NCBI GenBank assembly: GCA_041746255.1
Contig: JBGTHM010000095.1
Span: forward strand, 1 to 37,320
DNA: 37,320 bases
Direction of reading: 5' to 3'
Source: Fibrobacteria bacterium
GTDB lineage: Bacteria; Fibrobacterota; Fibrobacteria; UBA11236
The position numbers were made by a program, and so were the translations under genes. Positions 9,959 to 18,672 of the stretch are shown piece after piece; the stretch's first letter is position 1, and every line of letters starts with the position of its first letter. Under the pieces are notes generated by a model, which saw only the letters and a program-made list of their open reading frames with translations, did no database searches and was not told the DNA's origin.

Positions 9959-10640
9959 ATGAATATTCGGTTCCTTTTTCTTCTCGCTTCTGGAGCAATC
10001 ACCTCCTGCGCGCAATCGCAGCCCAACTTCATCGTCATTTTCGCGGATGGCCAGGGCCATGCGGACGTCGGCGCTTACGGATCCGGCAGCGCTCCGGCCG
10101 GAGGCGACTGGAATGCCTGGGGAATGGGGTATTCTGGCCAAGTGACGAAACCGGTCTCAACCAGAATGAAGTCACTTTGGCGGAACTGCTCCAGGCAAGG
10201 GGGTATGCCACCGGAATGTTCGGCAAATTGCACCTGGGACATAAAAACCTTTCCTGCCAACCAGTCACGGCTTCGACGAGTATTACGGAATGCCTTTCAG
10301 CAACGATATGTTCACCAATCCCCATACTCCGCTGGCTGCGGACGCAACCTTACGCGAGGGTTGGACGCAGGAGAAGTTCCTGGCCTTGAAGAGTCTTTCC
10401 TATGACCAAATCAAAAGCCGGCATCGGAATCTAATGCCTATGATGCGCAATGTGGAAATCGTGGAATTTCCCGTCGATCAATCCACCATCACCCGCCGCT
10501 ATACGGAAGAGGCCATTGGCTTCATCAAGAAGAATGCCGCCAAACCTTTTCTGATTTATCTCCCACATAACATGCCGCATACCCCTATATTGGCTTCCTC
10601 GCAATTCAAGGGAAGGTCCCTGCGGCTCAAGTTGCCCCAG
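9959..10640 (+). pseudogene. Frameshifted, internally deleted sulfatase (arylsulfatase A-like)
   Basis: Pieces in three frames: PNFIVIFADGQGHADVGAYG; TLAELLQARGYATGMFGKLHLG; FDEYYGMPFSNDM...TRRYTEEAIGFI..PFLIYLPHNMPHTP; CxPxR motif and C-terminus absent. Confidence 0.85.
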
Positions 10641-11450
10641 TTATTTGCGGACCTCCACTTTCAGGGTATTGAATGAGTTGAAAAAGGCGGTCGACAACTC
10701 CCTATATGCCGCCGGATTATGGTTGCCATCAAAGATCATTACCTCTTTATCATTACTATCCCTCCACGCTTTCGCCTTGGTAAAGACTGGATTCTCAGCC
10801 CATAAATAGCCGTAAAACATGAATTCGCAATGATACCCTTCCTGCGAATGCCATTTCTCCAATGCTTCTTTCGAGTAGATGAGCTCCACTCTCCGGGCGG
10901 CAGGAAGGGCGAATAGGAAGGGTTTTTGTTTCCCCCCGACATAGGCGATTCCCTTCATGTATCGGCGGTCGGCGAAGGTATCGAAATCCAGGGTATCGGT
11001 CAGCAGGGTATGGGCCTGGGCGAGGCGGAATTGCAACTTGATGGTATCGGCCGTTAGGGACACCACCCTTTCGGCCGGCAGCGTGGCCGCCGCATCCTTC
11101 CCCGTGAAATCCACATCGACACCAGCGGGATTTTTCCAAAGGTGCGTTTCAAAGTATTCTCCAGTCGTCGAATCCATGGCATAATATTCGGCTTCGCGCA
11201 CTCGCAGATAAAGCTGTTGGATGATCAACGAGTCAAGGGTCGGAGAAGGCGACGCGATGGAATGGAGGTCTTTCGCCCCGCTTCGCGGAAGCGGTTGGGA
11301 GCTGACGGCATAGTCGATGCTGAAATTGGCTTTGACCAATTGCCCGTCTTCGGCATTTCCCACTTCGGTAAAGCACGCGTCGAGACCGCACAGCATACCA
11401 ATCAGCATTGCCGCCGACCAAAGGGGTGAAAGTGTCTTATTCATAGGCAT
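10641..11450 (-). CDS. Hypothetical lipoprotein downstream of the TIGR02147 gene
   Basis: Signal peptide with LDAC lipobox followed by FTEVGN; starts 1 nt after the TIGR02147 stop. Confidence 0.75.
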   Translation of the reverse strand: MPMNKTLSPLWSAAMLIGMLCGLDACFTEVGNAEDGQLVKANFSIDYAVSSQPLPRSGAKDLHSIASPSPTLDSLIIQQLYLRVREAEYYAMDSTTGEYFETHLWKNPAGVDVDFTGKDAAATLPAERVVSLTADTIKLQFRLAQAHTLLTDTLDFDTFADRRYMKGIAYVGGKQKPFLFALPAARRVELIYSKEALEKWHSQEGYHCEFMFYGYLWAENPVFTKAKAWRDSNDKEVMIFDGNHNPAAYRELSTAFFNSFNTLKVEVRK

Positions 11451-11451
11451 G

Positions 11452-12330
11452 CTACCGAGTCCCCTTGGTTACGGGAAAAAGTTGGATGTTGACCTGGACG
11501 ATACGATCGCCCTTGCCGCTTTCGGCCTCGAAACCTCTCAATTCCTTCCGCATGAGCTGAACCTGCTTTTTCAGATTCGGCAAATCCGATTCCCGGATGG
11601 GAAAGCATACCGAGGAAATGTCCCGCTCCGGGCCGGGGATCTCATCCTGCGCCAGGGCTGCCAATTTCAGCAGCTGCGCATGATAGTCTTTCACCAGAAA
11701 GGATTTGACCTCGTCATCCGTCGTGATATCCGGATCGGCGGATTTGTACCCGTTGGCCGTTTTTTTGATCATCCCCGAGGCAACCAGCAATTCCAGGGAT
11801 TCCTGGACCTGTGAAGGTTCAACCATAGTCAGCAGCTGTTCCGCAATCCACCTGGGATTATTCCGGAAGCCTTTCAAATTCAACATCTCCCGTATGGCAA
11901 TAGTATACCAGTGCCGGAAGATTTGCAGTTGGGAAGATTCCAGTTTCCGGAATCGGGTTTTGCCCGGCAGCCGCATCAGCTTCTCATAGAAGAATTTCTT
12001 CTCATCGGATGTGCGTGCCTGGTTGAAATAGACCAGATTTTCAAAATATTGGGTTTGATTGGCGTCCAATTTCAAGGCGGCCACGATTTTGGTGAGGGAT
12101 TTCTGGCTAAGGTTGCGTTTACCCTCCATTAAATACTTCAACAAGCCATGACTGGGAAAATTCGCCTTTTTGGCAAAGAAGCGCAGTGAGAATTTGGGAT
12201 CGGCACGCTTATGGGCTGAATAATAGTCTTGCAGGAACTGGCGGTAATTGGTGTAATTCAGAAGGTTTGGGAATTTAATCGATAGCTTGGGCAGCGAGTC
12301 GGATTCGGTTTTGCGCGTCGAATTGGGCAT
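11452..12330 (-). CDS. TIGR02147 family protein (HTH + DUF4423)
   Basis: YTNYRQFLQDYY, FSLRFFAKKA, GKRNLS, YFENLVYFNQA, WYTIAIRE, ERDISS, QVNIQLFP; probable start ATG 12330. Confidence 0.88.
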   Translation of the reverse strand: MPNSTRKTESDSLPKLSIKFPNLLNYTNYRQFLQDYYSAHKRADPKFSLRFFAKKANFPSHGLLKYLMEGKRNLSQKSLTKIVAALKLDANQTQYFENLVYFNQARTSDEKKFFYEKLMRLPGKTRFRKLESSQLQIFRHWYTIAIREMLNLKGFRNNPRWIAEQLLTMVEPSQVQESLELLVASGMIKKTANGYKSADPDITTDDEVKSFLVKDYHAQLLKLAALAQDEIPGPERDISSVCFPIRESDLPNLKKQVQLMRKELRGFEAESGKGDRIVQVNIQLFPVTKGTR

Positions 12331-12525
12331 AAGTCTATTCCCGGTCAACCCTTCTCCTCGAACCTGCCGCATGAACTGGGTATAACATCGGATTCAATTA
12401 TAATTAAACCTCCCAAAATCCTTTCCAGCCGGATATTCACTCCCATGGCTCCGCTCCCATCCTGCCGGGCATCCTTCATTACAATAGGAAGATTTCGTGC
12501 AATAGCTTGGTACTCCCTTGTGAAG

Positions 12526-12545
12526 CTGTACACATTTGTGTACGG
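12526..12545. promoter_or_regulatory. Palindrome in the divergent promoter region, putative operator
   Basis: GTACACA-TT-TGTGTAC (12528-12543) between the TIGR02147 gene and the DUF4266 operon. Confidence 0.45.
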
Positions 12546-12597
12546 ATAGTTCTTTGGGGAAGGCGCGCTCCGGAAAATTTCCCGGTAAGTTTTCCCC

Positions 12598-12846
12598 ATG
12601 AAAATTCCGATTCCCTGGAAAAAGTCACAGCGGTTGTTGAAAATGGCCTTGTTGGGGGCTAGTTTCGGCGCCGGAGTGTTCACCGGCTGCGCGATGGTAC
12701 CCCAGGTGGAACGCGAATATTTAAGCGACCCGGTCATGCTGCGTCAAGAGGACGCCCTCGAAGGCGCTTTGGAAGGCCATGATTTTCCCCGTCGCGAAGG
12801 TTCCGTCGGCGGAAGTTCGGGTTCCGGAGGTGGCTGCGGGTGCTGA
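12598..12846 (+). CDS. DUF4266 family lipoprotein
   Basis: FTGC lipobox, V..EREYL.DP.M, REGS.GG..GGGCGC C-terminus. Confidence 0.88.
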   Translation: MKIPIPWKKSQRLLKMALLGASFGAGVFTGCAMVPQVEREYLSDPVMLRQEDALEGALEGHDFPRREGSVGGSSGSGGGCGC

Positions 12847-14069
12847 AAAGTTTCCTCCATTCGGGCACCCGGGTTCGCCGTGCCGGACGGTTCCTAGGGA
12901 CGACTGTACTGGCACTATTACTGCAGACGCCCTCCCTTGTGCAGGCCGCCGGCGCGGGCAACACCTTGGCCTTCAAACACGAATATTTCTGGGATCGCAA
13001 TGGTGTATGGAATCACACTCCCGCATTTTCGTTCAATTGGGCTCTCTCCCGCAAATGGAGCTTCAATTGGGAGCAGGAAGTGGATGTCGTTACCGGTGCC
13101 TCACGGATGTTGGGTGCGGATAAAGTCGGCCCCTTTGGCGATCGTAAGTTGGACGCGGTTTCCGGAGCCTCCAAGGTGGAGACACGGCATTCCGAAAATC
13201 CCGGTATCGTCTATTCCCACAAAGGAGTCGTAGCCGGCGCCTCATTCTATCATAGCAGGGAGCCGGACTATTTTTCGTTGGCGCCGGCCGCTTCCCTCGC
13301 GTGGGATTTCAATGAACGCAATACTACCCTCGGGGTCAGCTGGGCCCAGTTTTTTGACGATTACCGCCCCTTCGGAGCCTATTCCGGCCAGGGCGGGAAA
13401 AAACGGATCCGTAGCCTGGGTGCTACTCTAGCTCAGTCCGTCACACCTTTGACCCTATTGGGCCTGACCGGTTCCTACATTTCCAGTTGGGGCTATCTGG
13501 GGCGTCCCTACAACCCACCCGTCGATATCAACGGCGTGATCATGATCGAGTCCGTGCCGGACCGCAGAACGGCCCTGGCCGTTGCCGGCCAAATTGTCCA
13601 GGGATACCATCTGGGAGAAAAGCTGGGCTCGATGAACCTGGACGTACGCCGCTTCCAGGATACCTGGGGAATCCGCTCCACCACCGCCGATGTCAAAATC
13701 AGCCAGTATTTCGCGGAAGGCGCTTTTTTCCGGATACGCGGCCGCTACTACAATCAAACCGGCGCGTTGTTCGCCAAGGAAGCCTACTCCGGGGCGGAGA
13801 AATACCATACGGCCGACATTCGGTTTTTCCCGTTTTCCTCTTGGCTGGTGGGCGCCAAGCTCTCCACCGCCTTCCCGGAATCGTGGGGGGAATTCATGCT
13901 CCTGCCCGACCGTTGGGATATCAAATACGACCATGTGATCCGGAATACCCGCGGTGATCCGGTAGGGTCCGTGGACGGCCGGCCCCCACGTGTACTCTAC
14001 CAATTGTATGGACCCGACGAGTATTACCTCCAGGGAACCCTGATGTTGGGACTAGTGTTCAACCTATAA
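12840..14069 (+). CDS. DUF3570 family outer-membrane protein with two flavinylation motifs
   Basis: DVVTGAS (13083-13103), DAVSGAS (13152-13172), SREPDY, FNERNTTL, GYLGRPY, PDRR, DTWGI; overlaps DUF4266. Confidence 0.85.
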   Translation: MLKSFLHSGTRVRRAGRFLGTTVLALLLQTPSLVQAAGAGNTLAFKHEYFWDRNGVWNHTPAFSFNWALSRKWSFNWEQEVDVVTGASRMLGADKVGPFGDRKLDAVSGASKVETRHSENPGIVYSHKGVVAGASFYHSREPDYFSLAPAASLAWDFNERNTTLGVSWAQFFDDYRPFGAYSGQGGKKRIRSLGATLAQSVTPLTLLGLTGSYISSWGYLGRPYNPPVDINGVIMIESVPDRRTALAVAGQIVQGYHLGEKLGSMNLDVRRFQDTWGIRSTTADVKISQYFAEGAFFRIRGRYYNQTGALFAKEAYSGAEKYHTADIRFFPFSSWLVGAKLSTAFPESWGEFMLLPDRWDIKYDHVIRNTRGDPVGSVDGRPPRVLYQLYGPDEYYLQGTLMLGLVFNL

Positions 14070-14084
14070 CGAAAGGACTGAAAA

Positions 14085-14615
14085 ATGATACCGGAAAAAT
14101 CCGTTAAAATTCGGGGAAAATCCTCGACGCTGAGAGCCTGCACAGTCCTGGTTCTGACCCTGTCCCTGTCCGTTGCTTCCATGCTGCGCGCGGAGAATTC
14201 CGAGACATTGCCGTCCTTCACCTTGCCGGATCTGGACGGCAAACAATGGAGCAGTGAAGATTTCAAAGGGAAGCCGGTGATATTCGACTTCTGGGCCACT
14301 TGGTGCACGGTATGCGAGGAGACCATTCCCAAGCTGTCCGAACTCAGCAAGAAGTACAAGAATAAGGGATTGACAGTCGTGGGAATCAGCGTGGACAAGG
14401 GCTCCCAACGGAAAATCCAGCGGACGGCCAAGAAGTGGGGCATCGACTATCTGGTTCTGCACGACAAGGAGAATACCCTGGGAAGTGTTTTCGGATTCAG
14501 CGGCATTCCTTCTGTGTATGTCTTTGATCGCAAAGGAAAACGCACCTTGGCCATGCCGGGATATGATCCGGATCACGATGAACAATTGGACGCCGCCGCC
14601 GAAAAGGCGCTTTAG
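14085..14615 (+). CDS. TlpA/ResA-like thioredoxin (disulfide reductase)
   Basis: PSFTLPDLDG, FWATWCTVC, VGISVD, GIPS..FDRKG. Confidence 0.92.
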   Translation: MIPEKSVKIRGKSSTLRACTVLVLTLSLSVASMLRAENSETLPSFTLPDLDGKQWSSEDFKGKPVIFDFWATWCTVCEETIPKLSELSKKYKNKGLTVVGISVDKGSQRKIQRTAKKWGIDYLVLHDKENTLGSVFGFSGIPSVYVFDRKGKRTLAMPGYDPDHDEQLDAAAEKAL

Positions 14616-14641
14616 GCCAAACCGGGAAACAAGTAAAACTA

Positions 14642-15346
14642 ATGAATATTTTCTCCCCCGAAAACTTATCGTCCTCACTTTCCACCGGATCCCTCGGGGT
14701 GATATTTCTCTGCTTCGTGGCGGGCGTGGCTTCCAGTTTCACACCGTGTATCTATCCTTTGGTACCGGTAACCATCAGCATTCTTGGATCCCGGCAAGTC
14801 GGTTCCAAGTTACGCGGGTTCTTTCTGACTATGGCCTATGTAGGCGGTATTTCGGTCACCTACGCGACCCTGGGATTCATCGCAGCTTTGACGGGTTCTC
14901 TTTTCGGATCCTTCAGCGCCAACCCCTGGGTGATGCTGGGAATCGCGGCTGTGGTGATGGCGCTGGCGCTGAACATGTTCGACGTATTTCAGATTCGTTT
15001 CCTCGGTCTGAATTTCTGCGGAGCGGGGGAGCATAAACCGGGCTTTTTCTCGAATTTCGGATACGGGCTCACCTTCGGGCTGGTGGCGTCGCCTTGCACC
15101 GCTCCTCCCCTGGCCGTGATACTTACCTGGGTGGGAACCACCCGCAGCATGGTGATGGGCCCGTTGTTGCTCTTCACCTTCGCCTTGGGCATGGGAAGCA
15201 TTCTCATTCTGCTTGGAACTTTTTCCTCCTTTTTGACGCGGATTCCCAAATCCGGAATGTGGATGGTCGCCATCAAGAAGGGCATGGGATATCTGATGGT
15301 CATCATGGCCGGCTATTTCGCCTTCAAGGCGGGGACCCAATGGTGA
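14642..15346 (+). CDS. DsbD/CcdA transmembrane electron transporter
   Basis: AGVASSFTPCIYP and ASPCTAP redox cysteines, ~6 TM helices, PKSGMWM. Confidence 0.92.
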   Translation: MNIFSPENLSSSLSTGSLGVIFLCFVAGVASSFTPCIYPLVPVTISILGSRQVGSKLRGFFLTMAYVGGISVTYATLGFIAALTGSLFGSFSANPWVMLGIAAVVMALALNMFDVFQIRFLGLNFCGAGEHKPGFFSNFGYGLTFGLVASPCTAPPLAVILTWVGTTRSMVMGPLLLFTFALGMGSILILLGTFSSFLTRIPKSGMWMVAIKKGMGYLMVIMAGYFAFKAGTQW

Positions 15347-16083
15347 AGTGGATTGCCGCCATCGCGGTGTTGTCGGGTTGTTTGGTCGGCTGCCTCAACC
15401 TGAAGCCGGATGAGGTCGAGTTGACTTCCCCATCCACCTCGAGGGTTTCGCTTTCGATACCGGATTGCGCGGGTTGCCATTCGTATCCGTTGAATGACGT
15501 CAACCATAATTTTCACCTGCGCTCTGCCAGTACCCGCGAAAGCATGGAAAGTATTTTCCCCTACGAAAGGAAGACCGGGGTCATGGTCTGCATGGATTGC
15601 CACTTCGGGTCCATGGCGCATCGCGGCTACACTTGGTACGACACGCTTTGGGGCACTGCGGACGACCTCCGCGTCACTGCCGACAAGCTGCCCGGCGATC
15701 CCATTTACCGCATCGATTCCATACCCGGATTCCTGCCCATGCCCGCAGGCGTGCCCGAAGCCGAAATAACCGCCGGAAAAGTCGACCATTTGATGGACAG
15801 CGCGGCCAGCATCGGGGCCGTTGTCGCTTGGCTGACGTCCCTGGACCATATGAACGGCGTGGTGGATGTGGAATTCTCCCCCAATATCGTTCTGGATACC
15901 TCCCTTTCTAAAATGGCATTCCAGCCCAGGGACCTCAGTTGTTCGGCCATTGAATGCCACAATGCGCCCAAGAAGGTATACCGATGGGCGTCCCATGAAT
16001 TGCGGCTTCCGGGGTGTCCCACACCCATACACACGCCTGAATTGGATTCGAGTTGCCGATATTCACCAAACCAGGAACCCTAA
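15340..16083 (+). CDS. c-type cytochrome lipoprotein (CxxCH x2 + CxxxxCH)
   Basis: ATG 15340 overlaps the ccdA stop; LVGC lipobox; CAGCH, CMDCH, HMNGVVDVEF...CSAIECH. Confidence 0.8.
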   Translation: MVKWIAAIAVLSGCLVGCLNLKPDEVELTSPSTSRVSLSIPDCAGCHSYPLNDVNHNFHLRSASTRESMESIFPYERKTGVMVCMDCHFGSMAHRGYTWYDTLWGTADDLRVTADKLPGDPIYRIDSIPGFLPMPAGVPEAEITAGKVDHLMDSAASIGAVVAWLTSLDHMNGVVDVEFSPNIVLDTSLSKMAFQPRDLSCSAIECHNAPKKVYRWASHELRLPGCPTPIHTPELDSSCRYSPNQEP

Positions 16084-16109
16084 TGTTCAGTCAATACAAG
16101 GAGATTTAC

Positions 16110-17228
16110 ATGCAGAAGGCCAGAGCTTTTTTCGTACCCTGCATCCACAAGAAAAACAGGACCGGATTGTGGTTTTTTTTGGGGGCGGCGGTTCTCGCGG
16201 GATTCTCCGCTTCGGGGTTGGATGCATCTTCCAATGCCGCCTTTGCCGGCGCCTATGCCGCAGCGGCCTGCGATGCCACCACCGGCGCCTCCTGCAAGGT
16301 GGTGGGCGTGAAAACCACTCTCAGTAGTGCTACTTTGACGTGGACGGAAAAGCACAGGAACGGCACCCGGAATTTCTGCTACGGAATCGGTTCCCCCAGC
16401 AAATGCGCAAAAGTAACCTCCCGCGCCCGCGGCACGAAAGAGCAGGTAGTCAATGGCCTCAATGCGAATACGAAATATTCCTATAAATTTTTCGGAATCT
16501 GGAAAGGAAAAACCAAATCGGTGGTGACGGGTACCTTTACCACGAACAGTTCCGCCTGCGGAACCAGCGTCATCTCCGTGGTGGAGGTAGGCGGGGTGGT
16601 CCTGTCCGTGAGCGGTGATTCGCTGGAAAACGCCTTGGTGACCCTGACCCGGAAATCGGACAACCAGGCGATTGCGGTGGATACCACCGATCTTTCCGGA
16701 GGCTATTTTTTCGAGGTGGATCCAGGTACCTATGAGATCACGGTTTCCCATCCTCCTTTCACTTCCCCCGCGCCCTATACCGCCACGGTAATCGCCAAAA
16801 AACCCCTGGATGTTCCCGACTTCGTGCTTTCCGGCGCTTTCCAAATCGGCGGAACCTTGGTATCGGAAAACATGCTTGACTCCCTTTCGGGAGCTACCAT
16901 CACGGCGGTTAACGCCGCGGAACCTTCCGAGACCTATACCCGCATCACCGATGACGAAGGACATTTCACTTTCGGAATGAAGCAGGGTGAGTATATGCTG
17001 ACCGCAACTTATAATGGAAAATCCATGGCCAGCCCCTTGCGTATATCCGTCACCAGGAGCATGGAATTGCCTCCCTTCTCACTGGCTTATGTGGCCGCCG
17101 TCCGGGGGCGGGAAGGCCGACTTTTCGGGTCCACCAACTCCCTGAAGCAAAAGCAATACGATGCCAAAGGAGTACGAAATCCCGATGCGCCGGTTTCGCG
17201 ATGGAGGAGGCTGTTTGGCGCGCCCTGA
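16110..17228 (+). CDS. Secreted protein: FN3-like domain + two carboxypeptidase-regulatory-like domains; candidate flavinylation substrate
   Basis: GGAG RBS before ATG 16110; signal peptide; CDATTGASC; VNGLNANTKYSY (FN3); TTDLSGGYFF..PGTYEI and TDDEGHFTF..GEYML repeats; tail YDAKGVR. Confidence 0.75.
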   Translation: MQKARAFFVPCIHKKNRTGLWFFLGAAVLAGFSASGLDASSNAAFAGAYAAAACDATTGASCKVVGVKTTLSSATLTWTEKHRNGTRNFCYGIGSPSKCAKVTSRARGTKEQVVNGLNANTKYSYKFFGIWKGKTKSVVTGTFTTNSSACGTSVISVVEVGGVVLSVSGDSLENALVTLTRKSDNQAIAVDTTDLSGGYFFEVDPGTYEITVSHPPFTSPAPYTATVIAKKPLDVPDFVLSGAFQIGGTLVSENMLDSLSGATITAVNAAEPSETYTRITDDEGHFTFGMKQGEYMLTATYNGKSMASPLRISVTRSMELPPFSLAYVAAVRGREGRLFGSTNSLKQKQYDAKGVRNPDAPVSRWRRLFGAP

Positions 17229-18270
17229 ATGGATCCGTTTCGCCCCGCTTCTGGGCCTGGCCTTTGTCCAGTGCCGGGAAGTGGTGCGAACCCATAATTG
17301 GTTCGCCATGGATACCAATATGTCCGTTTCCCTTTACGGCGAATCCTCGCTATCGGACGAGGAGGTTTTTGCAAGGCTTGAAGCGGAGACGGAGCGTCTC
17401 GGCAATCTTTTCAGCGACTACTCTTTGGCGTCCCCGGTGGCGAAAATGATCGGTAGCTTGGGAGATACGCTGGCCGTGGATCCGGAGATTTACCCGGTCC
17501 TGGCAGCCGCTCTGGAGGCGGGCGAATCCGCCCAGGGTGTCTTTGACATCACATTGCATGATTTGAAGGCGCTGTGGGGAATCGGGTCCGGAGAAAATAA
17601 TCGTGTACCGGATTCATCGGAAATCGATTCCGTGATGGCGGGAAACCCCGTTTACCGGCAGGCTTTCGAAGGCTTTTCCTGGCAACCGCCTTTGCTGCTA
17701 TTGCCGGATAACCGGGCCGTGCTGCTGCGCGAAAATTGCCGCCTGGACCTGGGGGCTATCGCCAAGGGGCATATCGTGGATCGTCTTCATGCGATATTGG
17801 ACTCTCTCGGCCTTTCCGATCATATTATCCAGGCGGGGGGCGATATCCGCCTGGGCGGCAAGAAAAGTTCCGGTCCCTGGATCCTGGGAATCCGCCACCC
17901 CCGGTCCGCCGATTCATTGAGCGGTAGGATAAGCCTTTCCACCGCCATGGCGGTATCCACGTCCGGGGATTACGAGCGTTTCTTCGAAGCGAATGGCGAG
18001 CGCTACCACCATATCCTGGATCCACGCACCGGTCGCCCGGCCCGCGGGGTTTCCTCCGTCACCGTCCTGGCCGGCTCCGGCATCGTGGCCGATGTCCTTT
18101 CCACTTCCCTGTTTGTGCTGGGACCGGACAAAGGCGCCGAATTGGCTCGGCGATACCAGGCCTCCGCCGTCTGGTTCAAAGCGCTTCCGGAGGGAATTTG
18201 CGCCATCGCCATGCCGGAGATCAGCGACTGGTTACAATTGGGGGGAGTCGCTTCCTGTCCCTCGATGTGA
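17215..18270 (+). CDS. apbE: FAD:protein FMN transferase
   Basis: AMDT, GVFDIT, LDLGAIAKG, AGGDI, VSTSGDYER, YHHILDPRTG, ADVLST; lipobox; TTG 17215 follows GGAGGAGG. Confidence 0.95.
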   Translation: MARPEWIRFAPLLGLAFVQCREVVRTHNWFAMDTNMSVSLYGESSLSDEEVFARLEAETERLGNLFSDYSLASPVAKMIGSLGDTLAVDPEIYPVLAAALEAGESAQGVFDITLHDLKALWGIGSGENNRVPDSSEIDSVMAGNPVYRQAFEGFSWQPPLLLLPDNRAVLLRENCRLDLGAIAKGHIVDRLHAILDSLGLSDHIIQAGGDIRLGGKKSSGPWILGIRHPRSADSLSGRISLSTAMAVSTSGDYERFFEANGERYHHILDPRTGRPARGVSSVTVLAGSGIVADVLSTSLFVLGPDKGAELARRYQASAVWFKALPEGICAIAMPEISDWLQLGGVASCPSM

Positions 18271-18291
18271 GGGCGGGATTGCGGAAGACCC

Positions 18292-18672
18292 ATGTTTCGC
18301 CCGGGCGGTTGGTTTCGGCCTATGGATGCTTTCGTGATTCTCGTGGCGGCATCCGCTTCTTGTTGGGGTTTTCTCGGTTATAAGCTGGAGGGCGACGCCA
18401 AGGCCATGGTCTATTTGGACGGTGTCAAGCATGCCGTGTTCGACCTTGCCGATAAACGGCATGAGGCTGAAGTTTCCACCCATATCGGCCCTATGCGGTT
18501 GGAGGTTGGCGATGGGTCGGTGCGCATCCTCAAATCACCCTGCCCCAATCATCTTTGTATGAAGTCGGGAGCGGCCCGGTATGTGCATTCGGAAATCATC
18601 TGCGTTCCCGCCCGGCTGCTGATTGTCGTCGAAGGTAAGGGAATCGGGGAACTCGATGTCATTACTTATTGA
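18292..18672 (+). CDS. NusG domain II-containing protein (DUF1312)
   Basis: N-terminal TM, SPCPNHLCMKSG, IICVPARL. Confidence 0.88.
   Translation: MFRPGGWFRPMDAFVILVAASASCWGFLGYKLEGDAKAMVYLDGVKHAVFDLADKRHEAEVSTHIGPMRLEVGDGSVRILKSPCPNHLCMKSGAARYVHSEIICVPARLLIVVEGKGIGELDVITY

Noticed and set aside
15094..15339. N-terminal extension of the cytochrome ORF
   Set aside because: Overlaps ccdA; the lipoprotein signal starts at ATG 15340
16878..16898. Second apparent flavinylation motif DSLSGAT
   Set aside because: Coincides with the structural 'L.GA.V/I' strand of the carboxypeptidase-regulatory-like repeat; the sister repeat reads DSLENAL, so probably chance
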